From Camelus dromedarius (Eukaryota): 64,000 bases of DNA. The notes beneath the pieces were generated by a model, which was given only the letters and a program-made list of their open reading frames with translations, was not told the origin of the DNA and made no database searches. The stretch covers positions 81,966,001 through 82,030,000 of the forward strand of contig NC_087436.1 of the NCBI RefSeq assembly GCF_036321535.1, in the 5' to 3' direction. Positions 38,531 through 52,152 of this stretch are shown here, piece by piece. The position numbers were made by a program, and so were the translations under genes. Every line of letters begins with the position of its first letter. The stretch's first letter is position 1.

Positions 38531-39188
38531 ATAATAAACTGTTGTGTTTTATACTATTCCAATATGATTTTTTTGAACCAGTGGTTGATTTTTGTTATAC
38601 TTTTTAATTAATTTTCCTAGCAGTTTAATAAGGTATTGTATCTCCTGGAAGTAATGAATCTAATTTTTTTTAAATATGTAAATTTTTCAACTGTAGGGGA
38701 AACACAATCTCATGTTATGCTAATGATTGAGTTAAAAATCAGCCTTTGGTTTAGAAATCTACTAAAAGTCCTCTCCAGTTGTATCCAACTTATCTTCCTG
38801 TGTTAAATTGCTAGTCTTTGTGAAATGAGATGAAGGGCTTGCTATCTTTCCTTAAAAAGTCCAGTGATTATAGTTCAGCACTTGTGATATCTCTCACAGT
38901 TAGTTGGGAAAATCTATATTCAGTAATCTCACACTGGAAACATTCATCCTGAACTGAGCTTTTATGCAGACTATTTACTTTTAAGGAATTGGCTTTGTCC
39001 TTGAAATAAACCCTTCTCTGATACTTGATTACATCTAGTTGGTTTTAAATTACTTTGTGATATGACCTCTCTTAGTGTACTAATAAAAATAAGAGCATGC
39101 ACAGAAATGTGGGTCTTCTTTCATTATTTAGTTGTCCCTGTTGTGGTTCTGAGTGGCTCATCCTTTTCCTTCTGTGTTCTTCCTTCAG

Positions 39189-39250
39189 GTCATCACACTG
39201 TGGAGCCTTGTATCAAACCTGCACTCACACCAAATAATTCATTCTCCAAG
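39189..39250 (+). CDS. PTPN13: PTPN13 exon ~37 (GHHTVEPCIKPALTPNNSFSK)
   Basis: cttcag|GT...AAG|gtaagt; 62 nt, phase 1-0. Confidence 0.9.
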
Positions 39251-41791
39251 GTAAGTAAGTGAAGGGCCACCTTCTTCAGGTCCTTATTCCTTTGCTATTA
39301 ATAACCAGCTTATTTGTATTTTGAGCCAAACTGACTTCACATTTAAGTATCTGCCTTTTTTAGATACATGTATCAGTTTTAGATACATGCACTTAGCAAA
39401 CCAATAGAACTTGCTAAGTAAAACGCACAACAAAAAGCCCCCGCACGGGTAACCTTACATCATCAGGCACACGTTCAGCTCTTAAATAAGCTAATTGCTT
39501 ACACAGATACCTTTAGTGCTGGAATTTTTTATTAATGTGCACAACTCCTTTGGTTGTCTCTTAGATAGCCAGAAGAGAAGAATGTCATTAAGAGTGGATT
39601 TAGTGTCTATAGCCAGGCTCGGATGAGCCCCCAACACAGAGTTCTGGCTTCCTCTCCACCTGCAGAGCTCCCACCGAAATCAGTAAAAGAGGCATAAAAA
39701 GGAGAGAAGTCGTGAGAGATGTGTGTCATTTTCCCTTTCACCTGTTTAGCCAGCTTGTCCAATGTGGCCAAACGTCTCTAAAACAGCATCAGTTTTTAGT
39801 GCTGAATATCATAGAGTATCTCCTTAACCTTGACCAATTCCGACTGCTTTAGGGTATGTGTTAGTGAATAATTTTGTCAATGGTAATAAAAAAAAAAGTT
39901 GCTGTAAAAAAAAAAAGTGGGTTTAATGTTGACTAGCAGTGACTCTCAAATGAAAAATCTCTGCTACTAGTGAGGCAAAAGAGTAATGGCAAAAGAAATT
40001 GGCTTACTTGCTTTTTGAAAGACATAGAAAATACTTCACTGCAAAATAAAATGAAAGAACGTAAATCACTTAAGATTAGCACAGAGAAATCTGGAGGTGA
40101 TTTAACGAAACTATTTTAATACATAACTAAATTCCACTTCAAGCTGTTAATTTAAGGCTACATATAATGCCCATTTGTGTGGCTAACGTTTCTTTTTACT
40201 TTCTGGCGTGTAATGTACACAGCTCATAGCTGAATCTTCATTTTGTGGAATTTTTTTCTATCACACACATTCCATGTAGTCTGTTCTGAACCTTACTATT
40301 TGAATGTCTTTCCATATAAAATCCAGGGCTGAGGCATTTCCTTCCTAGTAATCTGAAAATCTTATCAGCTCAACAAGATTTCTGGATGTGAGCTGGGTTT
40401 AGTGTAGGAGGATGAAAATGAACATAGTGACCAGACGCCCCAAAGTCTATGCCTTTCATCTCACTATGTTATCTCAAACTCTTGACAAGTTTAACAGGTC
40501 TTGAAAAGATACTGCATCAGAAGAATTATAAGGCAGAAATTATTTGGACACAAAAATAAAAATTTCTTGTTATCTGTGGATTGAGCTGCACTCACTATTT
40601 TGTTCTGTTTATTCAGAAGCTCTCCAATTTCACATAGCTGAAGCAGCTGAATTTTCATGTATTTCAAGTATTAGTCATGCTGTATAGTGTTTATTTTCTT
40701 TGTAAATATCACCACGTTGTTGAAAGGGAGGAAGGGTAGACTTTCTGTTTAAATTAACATAAAACTCTAGAAATTAGGACTTTTGTTATTCATGGTTGCA
40801 AACATTTTTTGTTGGAGTTAAAATCTTCCAGAAATTCTCCCAAACAATATTCTGTCCTTGAATACTAATGTCTATACTATGAATTTCTTACGAAGGATTA
40901 AGTTTTACAGTCTAGTGAAATTTTTTGACATTATGTAACCACTATTTATGAAGAAATAATTTTATTGCATCTACCATGTCTACTTTTTATCTTAATAAAA
41001 TGAGTAATCTTTTTATTTAATCCAAATCTTTAGAGCAAACTGTCTTTTATTTGTATAAAACTATTTTAATTTATTCTAATCATTTAATTTTGCATGTTTG
41101 CCCAAATCACTTTCTTTTAATAGGCTTTGTGCTGTGAAGTGCTTCACAGTTAACCATTGAATTAAAGTTACAGTCCATTCAATAATTACTTTATGACTAT
41201 GAATCCATTGTTATTTTTCTTGAATTGATATGAGATTTAGACTAGATTTGAAAATCTTTACAGCTAACAATTCATCAGGTTGCTAAAATGAAGACTATGT
41301 CCATGTAGCAATTTCACAGATTCTTAAAAGATTGGTTTTTTTTTCCCCTTTCCCTCAACTTCTAAGTTTCCTAGTCCTAATTAACTTTTCTGAAAAGTTC
41401 CTATGGAAGACAAGTCCCATGAGATATGCCTTAAAAAGAGATTTCTGCAGTTAAATAAGTTTAGGAAATACTACATAATACGTTTCTCTTCTGACAACTC
41501 AAAATTTATATCATGAAGCATTGTGAGAATTCTTGGAATAAAAATGTTGATTTAATATTTTTTAATCTAGTGTTTCCAGAAGTATTCAATGATGGAAAGC
41601 CCCATCCCCTTTTCACATTTCATTGTGCTGCTATTTCCTAGAAGCAGTGATCTAAGATGGGGAGATACAAAGTGGATTTTGTACTAAGAAAGAAGGGAAG
41701 AAGGGCATGGAGGGGCAATGTGCGGTCCCTCCCTGATCCTAGAAGTTAGTAAAACAGTAATCTAATGACTTGCTTTGGTTCTATACTTTAG

Positions 41792-41885
41792 GTTAATGGG
41801 GAGGAAATCATTGAAGTTTTGTACCCTGAAGGAAAATGCGCTACTTATCAGATGAAGGAATCAGCAAATCTAATTGTGTCCAAAG
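41792..41885 (+). CDS. PTPN13: PTPN13 exon ~38 (VNGEEIIEVLYPEGKCATYQMKESANLIVSK)
   Basis: ctttag|GTT...AAAG|gtagtc; 94 nt, phase 0-1. Confidence 0.9.
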
Positions 41886-42598
41886 GTAGTCTTCCAAATG
41901 AGTCATCCATTTTCTCTAAATGCCCTAATAATTCAGGTAATAAGAAATATTGGTAGCCTCTCTTATTTTCCTTACATATTCCTATAGCTTTAAAAGGAAA
42001 GACTAATATTCAAAGTAATAAAAGAACAATGTAAAATTCATGTTATTAGCTGCATTACTGTACAGATGTCCAGTATTCATTCTCATCTCTAAGAGCAAAA
42101 TGATTTTTAAATGATTGAAGAGATAGCTGTTTCGTTTGATAATGTTTCTTGTATTCTTTGATGCAGTAATTCTCAGGCTACCTAATAACTCAGAAATTTT
42201 TTCTTGGGGATGTTTGGGCTGCCCTGTTATATCCTTAATCCTTGTAACAAAACCTATTTAGTTGAAACTTCCTTAGTTTCTTTTATAAATCAATAATTTG
42301 CAATTAATTTAGGGAAATAAACATTAAATCATTAATGTCTCATAAAGAGGTGTATCACAGACATTGATTTTGGTTTATTCAGTTGCATTTGTGTGGTCTT
42401 TTGTCACAACAGCCAAAGTAGCTCTAAAACTAAAAATACCTGGGTCCCCTTAGTATAAGCTATTCTTTCAGTCATGGCTGCTTTTTCAAAGTGGATGCTT
42501 AAAATTTGAACGCCCTGGCATATTATATTTGACACACTGTTTCTTTCTCATATCGATACTTATGAAGTAAAACCCCATGTAAATTACTGTTTTTCAAG

Positions 42599-42724
42599 AA
42601 TCTGATGTACAAGAAGAAGATATTTATGATGATCCTCAAGAAGCTGAAGTTATCCAGTCTCTGCTGGATGTTGTGGATGAAGAAGCTCAGAATCTTTTAA
42701 ACCAAACTAATGCCTGTGTTCCAG
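42599..42724 (+). CDS. PTPN13: PTPN13 exon ~39 (ESDVQEEDIYDDPQEAEVIQSLLDVVDEEAQ...CVP)
   Basis: ttcaag|AA...CCAG|gtagat; 126 nt, phase 1-1. Confidence 0.92.
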
Positions 42725-42823
42725 GTAGATGATCCAGAATGAGTAAGTTGGTACACTAAAGCAGCACAAGATGGCCTTTGTGAATCATTTGAATTCCTCT
42801 TGGCCTGTTTCTCTCTTTCCCAG

Positions 42824-42912
42824 GTGCGTTGAAAACCAATGGGAAGTTACCTGAGGAGAGAGCAGAAGATACCGACTGTGATGGTTCACCTTTACCAGAA
42901 GATTTTACGGAG
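42824..42912 (+). CDS. PTPN13: PTPN13 exon ~40 (GALKTNGKLPEERAEDTDCDGSPLPEDFTE)
   Basis: tcccag|GT...GAG|gtaaga; 89 nt, phase 1-0. Confidence 0.93.
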
Positions 42913-43738
42913 GTAAGAATAACACCTACGTACACACTGTAGGATGCTATGTCTTGTTAGAATTACGTATCTGCTTACTTAAGACTTACTTTCTCTGCTG
43001 AGGCCTTACCTCTCCCTACTGGCCAGTTTCCCTTGTAAATATTAAAGATGATATCCTGATGACTGGTTAGTAACCTCAGTAAGAATTAGAACTGATGTCT
43101 CTTAACTCCGTTTGGAGAAAGATCTTGCCTTTGAATCATACAACCTCTTTTGTTGAAGGTTTCCATTCACGAAAAAAGTGCCCCCCAAACCTGATTTTTT
43201 GTGTGTCATGTGTGTCTTTGTTACTTTTACACCAAATAAAAGTTGGGAATTCCAAGATCCCGTTCCACATAATACCTAACCTAGGTAGAAAACTTGGTTT
43301 TCTCCTTGAACGCTTTCTCCTGCCCCTCATGGATACCTGTCTTAATTATCGTGGAAACATCTCATTCTTTCAGTTATTCCATGACATTTGCTGTGATTGC
43401 TGTGCAGTTTCAGTTGAGACTTGTTTTAAAAGATTTGGACAGCTGACTGATTCCTAGTCCATACATTGGGCTAGTTGGATCCAAACTAGTAAAAATAAGC
43501 TGTACAGAAATTAGTACTCAATGTATGTTATATAAATTTACTAAATTCTTAAAAAAATTAAATCCCAAAGTTGGAATCATCTGAGATTATTGCCTATTTT
43601 TCTGAAAATTTACATTTAGGGATTAATTACATTAGGGGAAATAATGGTTAATTTTATTTGTTGCATTCAAGAGTCATCCTGTGCCTGGGAAAGAATCATC
43701 AGTCAAGTTTCCTCAAGTCCAAAAAAAAAAAAAAAGAG

Positions 43739-43870
43739 TGGGGAATGTTATAGCTCACTGGTAGAATGCATACCTAGCATGCATGAGGTCCTGGGTTCAA
43801 TCCTCAGTACCTCCATTAAAAAAAAAAAAAAGCTAAGTAAATAAACCTAATTACCTCCCCCCACCAAAAA
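43739..43870 (+). mobile_element. Vic-1-like SINE
   Basis: tatagctcactggtagaatgcatacctagcatgcatgaggtcctgggttcaatcc...aataaacctaattacctcccccc. Confidence 0.87.
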
Positions 43871-45148
43871 TAAAAAAGAGAGAGAGAAATGATTAATTTT
43901 CAAAATTGTAATGATAGATTTATTTAAGACTAAGATGTCAGATCTGGGACAGTGAGCTAAGAAAAAAACATGAAATGATGGATAAATAGTATGTAAGCCT
44001 GCTTAAACTAGGCATCACTCTATTTGTGTGAATCTGATCTTGCTCGTTGTTCTAGGATAATTTCCCTCACAGTTCTTCTTACTCTTCCTACTGAACATCT
44101 TCAGAATTGTCAAAACTAAGCTAGTTTGGATTCTTACCATGCAGGTATCCACACACAACCTCATATACGCACGATTATGTTCATTAAACACTTATAAATA
44201 ATTAATGTGTATAAATACAAGGACGTTTAAATCTGTTGAGTACGTATTTCCTAATCTAAAAAAAATGATTACACAAATATTGGATACCTCACAATGTGTC
44301 ACACTACAGTGTTTTTTACTTAAGATGTTGTTTCATACTATCAGAATATTAATAATTACAACAATAAGCTCTTTGAAAAAGGTTTTCTGAACATTTTAAA
44401 TCATACTAATTTTTATTATTTTTTTTATTAATATTACTATTTGAAATTCCCCTTGAAATGTATATTCTGATGTCTCTTAACTAAGACAATAAATAAAAAT
44501 CTTTAATTTCCATTTCAAAAATGTCAGATCCAATGCCTTTTCTTAAAAAAAAAGAGCTTGTTAACATACTATAGTGTCTCATTTATACTGAACTATTATA
44601 ACAAAAGTTGACAGCAGAAAACTTCATTCAAGTTGCTTTCTTGTTATTTTGATTATGAAAATATTATATCCCATTGTAAAAAACATATTTTAAATAGAAT
44701 CGTCTAAAAATGCATGACACTTTTATTTTTTACCAATTCCTCATCTTCATCTGAGATAGCTATTGTTAAAATTTTGATTTTATGCTTCCATTGTGCATAT
44801 GAAAACATATAATTTTTTAATATATATTTTGTCACGTGGTTCTAAATTTGATTCTCACTTAAAAAATGGTTAGTACCTTCTTTCCACAAGTACATAAAAA
44901 TCTGTCTCATACTTTCTAATGCCTTCCTATTACTCTATTGCATAGATATGCCATAATTTGTTAAGTTGGCTACCTATTGATGAATATTAAATTTCTTATT
45001 TATTATAAACAACAATGCAGCCAAGATCCCTATTTCTTTATAATGTAAACTCTCAGGTCTCACAAGACAGAATTAAGCCCCACCTCCTCCGCCAGCATTT
45101 CAAAGGTTTATGTTATTTGTCTGGTTCCTACAGGCATTTGAGTTTGTA

Positions 45149-45525
45149 GTCTTTTCCAGTCTTTTGGGGCTGCCACAACCCAAGTGTCTTTAAAAGAGAG
45201 AAAGAAATTTATCTTTACACAGTTCTGGAGGCTGGAAGTCCAAGATCAAGGTGTTAGCAGGTTTGGTTTCTGGCAGGACCTCTTTCCTTGGCTTGCAGAC
45301 AGCCACCTTCCTGCTGTGTCCTCATATGGTCATTGTGTGTGTGTGTGCATTCCTGGGATCTCTTCCTCTTCTTAAAAGGACATCAGTCCTATTGGATAAG
45401 AGCCCCATACTTATGACCTCATTTAGCATCAGTTATCTCCATAAAGACCCTATTTCCAAAAATAGTCACATTGGGGGTTAGGGCTTCAACCTGTGGATTT
45501 GGGGGAACACAGGTCAGTCCATAAC
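45149..45525. mobile_element. MLT1A-like solo LTR
   Basis: cacagttctggaggctggaagtccaagatcaaggtg...gggttagggcttcaac...cagtccataaca. Confidence 0.82.
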
Positions 45526-46613
45526 ACAGTCTTTGCTTTAACCACTTAAAAAATATAGTCAAATAAAATTATATTCACAATAGTTACAAAACAAATAAAA
45601 GTTCTAGGCATAAATTCAACACAAAATATACGTATCTATATTGAAAACTTTGAAACTCTACAAAGCATACAAGAAGTTATCAAAGAAAAACATTCCTTGT
45701 TCTTTGATTTTTAAAAAACCCTAAAATTTAAAGTCTCCCTAGATTTACCCATAAATTAAATGTAGTCCAATAAAATATTTTGGGTATTGGGGGTTTTTTT
45801 CCCCAGTAAGAGGCAGCATGGCTTTGTAAAATAATTTACATAGACGAATTAGGGTGTAAAGCTATCCAGAACAAATCTAAAAATTTAGATTCGTGGGGGA
45901 AGAATATTCCTACCAGTTATCAGGAAATATTATATAAATAACATATAAGTTGTCCTGCCACCGAAGTACAGATTAAGCCCACAAATTTGTGCCTTGAGAA
46001 TTCAAGATGTTTAAGACCAAATACTTCAGGCCAGTCCATCCTTAAAAATAATACATCAGCACTTGAATAGATGAGACTTCTGCTTTAGAAGAGATTTTGA
46101 CTAATGGTAAGCAAAACAAAGAAAACAAAAAAACAAGTTACTAAAGTAAAAACATGAAAAAGTTTCATTTGTTTCAAAACCATGAATTAAAATCCCAGTA
46201 GAAATTATATTCATAAGAAGGCAAATTTAAAAGACAAATTCATCTCCATTGCTGAGAGGAAGAGTGAGCCAGTATTCTGGAAGTGTTTTCTATTTCATCT
46301 TATATCTCTAGAAGATTGCCTACATTTGAGTGATTTTAAGAATCCCTTAGAAATTTTGAAAAAATTGAGAATTTTGAAAGTGCCATTCTGGGATCACCCT
46401 AAATGAATGGAAGATTATTTACTGAGTTGGTTCTTACCAGTATATTCTACAACCCTGAATGTTTTATCATGCACCAAAAGTTAAGCTGCTAACCGCTGGT
46501 ATTGTTAAGAGTATAGGAATGTCCTTTTTAAGAAGAAAGATTATCCCTCCGTTAGCTAGCTGTGCAAATCATTGTATTTGTCCCTCAGTTGTAATTAACT
46601 CTAGACTTGACTG

Positions 46614-47281
46614 CAGTAGTCCCCACCACCATCTGCAGTTTCACCTTCCGAGGTTTCAGTTACCTACAGTTAACCTCAGTTGGAAAGTGTTAAATGGAAA
46701 ATTCCAGAAATAAACAATTCCAAGTTTTAAATTGCATACCTTTCTAAGTACTGTGAGATGAGATCTCACTCCATCCCGCTCAGGACATAAGTCATCTCTT
46801 TGTCCGGCATATCTTGCCCATTAGTCACTTAGTAGCCATCTTGGTTATCAGATCGATCATTGCAAGTAACCCTTATTTTACTTAATAATGGCCCCGAAGT
46901 GCAAGAATAGTGATGCTGGCAATTTGGATATGCCAAAGAGAAGCCATAGGTGCTTCCTTTGAGTGAAAAGGTGAAAGTTTTCTACTTCATAAGGGAAGAA
47001 AAAAATTGTATGCTGAGGTTGGTTGCTAAGATCTACAATAAGAACAAATCTTCTATCTGTGAAATTGTGAAAAGGAAAAAGAAATTTGTGCTAATTTTGC
47101 TATTGCACCTCAAACTGCAAAAGTTATGGCCACAATGCATAAGTGCTTAGGTAAGATGAAAAAGCCGTTCAGTGTGTGAGTGGAAGACGTGAACAGAAAA
47201 CAGATTCAGTACTATCCGAGGTTTCAGACATTCACTGAGCATCTTGGAACGTAAACCCCGTCAGATAAAGGGGGACTACTG
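46614..47281 (+). mobile_element. MER44/Tigger7-derived TcMar DNA transposon (non-autonomous)
   Basis: TIRs CAGTAGTCCCCC...GGGGGACTACTG, right-flank TA; remnant transposase N-terminus (LPLSEKVKV). Confidence 0.88.
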
Positions 47282-47533
47282 TACCTCTTAGTGAAGTACT
47301 TTGGGCCAATGTCTGTGTCTTAGTTATGAATGGAAGAATGAATGCCAGTCGTATACATGATTGTAAATTATTGTCTAAAGTTTCAAAACTCTTCACTTGG
47401 CTGTTACTGAATTTGTTTGACTCTGATTACTTTGGGGATAACAGGATAAGAAGGGACATCAGGGTTTCTGTCCTAACTTTGCTTATGCAGTCAAGCAGTC
47501 AATTTGGGAGCTGTACACATGCAAATAAGTAAA

Positions 47534-48626
47534 TTTTCTTCCTCCACAGAAGTTCTGATTTCGCTCAAATAAAATGAGATTGATATCAGAATAACTTAAT
47601 TACAGATACTTTCAACTCTACAAAAAGCTGTAGTTAAAAACATGTCCTGCTAAATGTTTATATAGAGTTTAGAGAGGGTTATAAAGAATTAGGGAATGAT
47701 ACGGGCTACCCAGGAGTAGGTGGGAGTGGTTATTACAGCTTCCTAATTTTAAAGATTTTGATCGGTGAGATAAAATGGGAAAGAGCATTCCCTACTAAGG
47801 AGCTTCTTAGCAAAGATGTGAAGGTCTGGATCAGCCTGGAACATTCAGAGCACTAAATCTTTGCAAGTAGGGTATCACATGGTGTCTTGAAAGCTAAGTC
47901 TGAAGAGATAGGCAGGGATGAGTTCATGAAATGACTTACATGCCATGCCAAAGAAAGAGCCCATATTTTCATTTGGCACTGGGCACTACAAATTAGGTAG
48001 CTGGTTCTGGACCCAGGAGATGCCTCCTCTACTCTTCAAGTTGCTGCCTCTGGATTCTTTGGGCAGCAGGATTACAAACTAACCTTCCAAGGACTGGCCA
48101 TGATAAAAATCTTAAATCTTTTCCTCGAGGCAGTACTATAGCTGCTTCCTCTTCCAAAGAGCCTATAATCCAGAGTGAGAAGGGAGAAGGACCCAACCCT
48201 AAACCATACACAAGTGAACTCTGCAAAAACAGTGAGAAATTGGTTACTACAGTATCACTATAGTGTATTTCCACCTGGGCTTTATCTCATTATTTTAACG
48301 TCAGTAATAGCACTTAGCACTTGCAAAAGACTTTATACTTTGCAAAATGATTGCACACATGGTAGATTCCTAGACTAGGATTATGATGGGGAATAAGAAA
48401 TCCAGACGACTTTGGAAAAAAGTTTTAACCCAGACTAAAATTTATCAACTATCAACTTTGAAAAACAGATAAGGTCTAAGAAGCTCTTTAAAAGTTACCG
48501 ATGGATAAAAACAACCTACATTTTTTCTTCCTCCATAGAAGTTCTGCATTTCTCTCAAAGAAATTGAAATTGATGTCAAAGTAACTTAATTATAGTTTTT
48601 AACTCTGCGAAGCCTGTAACTGAAAG
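47534..48626 (+). repeat. Diverged ~105-bp direct repeat pair (47534-47640 and 48523-48626)
   Basis: Both copies read ttttcttcctccayagaagttctg...ctcaaa...attgatrtca...taacttaattayag...aactct. Confidence 0.8.
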
Positions 48627-49503
48627 ATCAAATGAACACACAAAAATGCAGTTAGTTGTGATAAGGTTTTGAAAAAAAAAAAGTGCTATAAAAGGGAATG
48701 ACCAAAAAGGCTTACTTTTAGGCTGGGTGGTTAGGAAACATTCTCAGAAGGAAAAGGCACTTAGATTGAATAAAGAAAAAGTGAAAAGAGACTTTAAGGA
48801 ACTAAAAGAAAGACCTGTCAGTTTGAAGCCTAGTAAGTGAAGGGGGGAGCAAAACCAGTTGGACTGTAGAGGTAGACAGAGGCTAGATAATACAGGGCCT
48901 TGAAATGAAAGAAATTTCCCATTTAAGATAGTTAGTCCTGATAGATTGAAATGTAAGATTAACCATGTAAAAATGCTACTTGGCATCTCCTTCTGATGGT
49001 AGCAAACTGCTTCTGCAGGACCTGCACATCTGAGACACCGTACTCAGTTCCAGGACATACTGATTGATCTGTGTTCCCTAGGGAGATACCCTCACTTTAA
49101 AAATAAAAGGGCAAGATAAGTTAGCACATGGAAATCTTAGATTTTAAAACTGAAGCCATGTAAAAACATGTGCTATAATGTGCATATAAATAACTTTCAT
49201 TTTAGATTTTTATTTTGCTTTTTCCTTACTTCTGTACATTCATATCCCTTAATATAAGAAATGAAAAGCCAAAATGAGTGTGAAGGTGAATAAGTGGAAC
49301 CAGCAAAAACTCTCGGGCCACTCGAAGATGCCTCAGCCACAGTTCGGCATGTAATTGACTATCATGTGTGTCTTTGTAACACAAGGATGAGCAGTAACAG
49401 TGAACATAGGAACTAATATACAGGAAAAAACTGAACATTCTATAAGATTATTTGATTTTTTTTTACAATGTGCTAATTTGATTTTGATTTCTGTTTATTG
49501 TAG

Positions 49504-49559
49504 TCTACCAAAATGAATGGCTGTGAAGAATATTGTGATGAAAAAGTAAAAAGTGAAAG
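49504..49559 (+). CDS. PTPN13: PTPN13 exon ~41 (STKMNGCEEYCDEKVKSE)
   Basis: ttgtag|TCT...AAAG|gtaaga; 56 nt, phase 0-2. Confidence 0.93.
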
Positions 49560-51668
49560 GTAAGAAAATAACTTTTAAAATACTTATAGCAATTTCATTC
49601 TTTTTTTAGAAGTCCTCTGAAAATTTTCATTTAGATACTGATTTTAAAATTAATATGTTCTTTTCCAATAAAATGAGACTTCTTGAGTAAAATATGGAAC
49701 TATGGTTGAATATGAAGAATGTTTTAAGCATGTTGTTACAAGGAGGTTCTAGTGACATGTGACAATGTATTTGTTATAACATTGCTGAAAAAAAGCAGTC
49801 TGCTCTTGACCACTGGAAAAAAATAGAGGAAAAGTCTAAAAGGAAATGTGCCAACAATGATGATAGTATCTTCTCCCGGTATGATTATAGGTAATGTATT
49901 TTTCTGTTTCTCTATTTTTCTATACTTCACAAATTTTATTCTTTAATAAGAAAATAAAACCAAAGAAGGTAAGAAACATTCTAACTCCCACAAATGTTTT
50001 TCTTTTTGAAAACAGTTTCTAATGTAAAATGATTTTTTTGTGACACTAAATGATGTATCAGGAAAACTTATATATTGTTGGCCAACAAAGTGGTTATACA
50101 TAAATTTTGCTTCATATTAAATGATAACCAACCAGTCAAAGGGAGCTATTTGCATTTTCCTAGAAAAGCAAATCAACAGTAAATTTTTCTAAGTAAAGAT
50201 AGACTCGGGGATACATATTATTAATGCAGAAATGCATAGTTTTATACTTAAAAGATTAGCAAATATCTGGGCCAGCTGCCAATAATTATAAGATACAGAC
50301 TCTTCCCTGTTGGGCAGGGGGAGGAGAGGAGGAAGGAGAGGTAAGTTAGAGTAATTTCTTTGGGTGGTGATTGAAAACCCAATTAACATGTAAAATATAT
50401 TTGCCTGTTACTAATTCTTGGATACACTTTTTTAAAATTTTAACATTTCTGAAATCATGAAAGGTCATACAATTACAATAATCAATATTATTTCTTTCTT
50501 AACATAAAGTAATAGTGGGTCTTACAATGATGTGTGCCATAGACTCAAAGAACTGTGGTACATACCCTTGAACCTAGCGGTTTTTTTAATTCTGAGAATT
50601 GGTCCCACTACCATGTTTATGCAAAGGCTTTTCTATAAGAATATTCATTGCAACATTGTTTACAGTAGTAAAAAACTGTAATATTCACAAAGTAGAGTGT
50701 ACTTATACAATGAAATACTAAACAGCTGTTCAAAAGAATGAGAAAGAAGGAAATGGCTAATGGAAGGAGGTCCAAAACATATCCTTGCAGACAAAGTGTG
50801 CTTACGGGAAGACCAGACAGACCTCATGGATAGAGAACTTGCAAAGTACATTTTAATTATGGTGCTCAATTAGTTGGTGCAGAGGAAAACCTCCGCCATG
50901 AAAGTAGCATAATTGCTGTCCTGTTATGATGTTTTGGGAGCATTAGTGCATGTCGTGCTTTAATGATGTGTACCAGTGTCATCAGACAAATGTCCTTTGC
51001 TTTGTGCCTCTGGATATCAGAAAGTGAAAGAATGTATTCAGGCCTCTGCGGGATCCTTTTTCATCTCGTCTTATCACTAAATACTACTCCCCTACTTAGT
51101 TTCTCTCTTCCAGCCACCACCCTACCAAGGAGATGGCGTCTGCTGTGCACCTCTAGAATAATGAGAACTTGTACTGAGTTTTATTACATTGTTAGGTCCC
51201 AGATATAGGAATGTCCTTCCAGGCCCTGACTGTAGCAAAAGACTGATATCCATCAGTAGGGATTTCTGTAATTAAATTAAGAATCTTTCATACAGAACAA
51301 TAGTAGACAGCTGTTAAAAGAAAACAAAAGAGAGCCATCTGACACAATTGTAATTACTTATCCACGTGGAAGGTTGGAAGCAAAGCACTATGTTCTCCAT
51401 CCCCAAGAGGACTCCTTCAATCTAAGGTTCAAAGACTTGGGATTTGTTTGAGGGCAAAATTTAAACCACAATAAACAATTCTGTACCTCAGTTTAATTTA
51501 TATCTACCAATAAATTTTAACAATTGAGGATGTGAGTTTTTTCAATCAGGTAATCTATTTTTAAATACCTTAACTGTAGTGAACATATGTAGTTCAAATA
51601 CATAATATTTAAATTTATTTTGGAGACAAAACTGAAGAAAATATTATAAATATGTTTTATTGTCATAG

Positions 51669-51772
51669 CTTAGTTCAAAAGTCAGAAGAAAAGAAGACTG
51701 ATGATGATGACATAACATGGGGAAGCGATGAATTGCCAATAGAAACAACAAACCACGAAGACTCCAATAAAG
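51669..51772 (+). CDS. PTPN13: PTPN13 exon ~42 (LVQKSEEKKTDDDDITWGSDELPIETTNHEDSNK); GC donor
   Basis: tcatag|C...AAAG|gcaaga; 104 nt, phase 2-1. Confidence 0.88.
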
Positions 51773-52152
51773 GCAAGAGTATTGTTAGCAACTTTTTTAA
51801 TCAAAAACAGTGGATAGAAAAAATAAGTGTTTCAGAATTAGAAGTTTTCAAAATATTTGGATATGTTATTTCACCCTAGGTCTACATTATTAGCTTCTAT
51901 ACATAAAGAATCACGTAGACAGACTATCAACACTCACATATACAACCAGGTTTTGCAGAGTTCTAGGCTAAAATTCTCAGTGGCTTGGAGCAAAACATGT
52001 AAATAAACATATAAATGCTTTGAATGGAAACACAAAGACACAATTTTGCCATCTTAGAATAAGAAGTCAAGGAGCACATTTTACTTGTAGTAAAATAAGG
52101 AGACTACCTCAAAGATAAGAAATTATTACTTTTGAATCTCAACCTCATTTTT

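Noticed and set aside
46950..47150. Tigger transposase-like ORF as a domesticated TIGD gene
   Set aside because: It is a short, frameshifted remnant inside a 668-bp non-autonomous element with TIRs.
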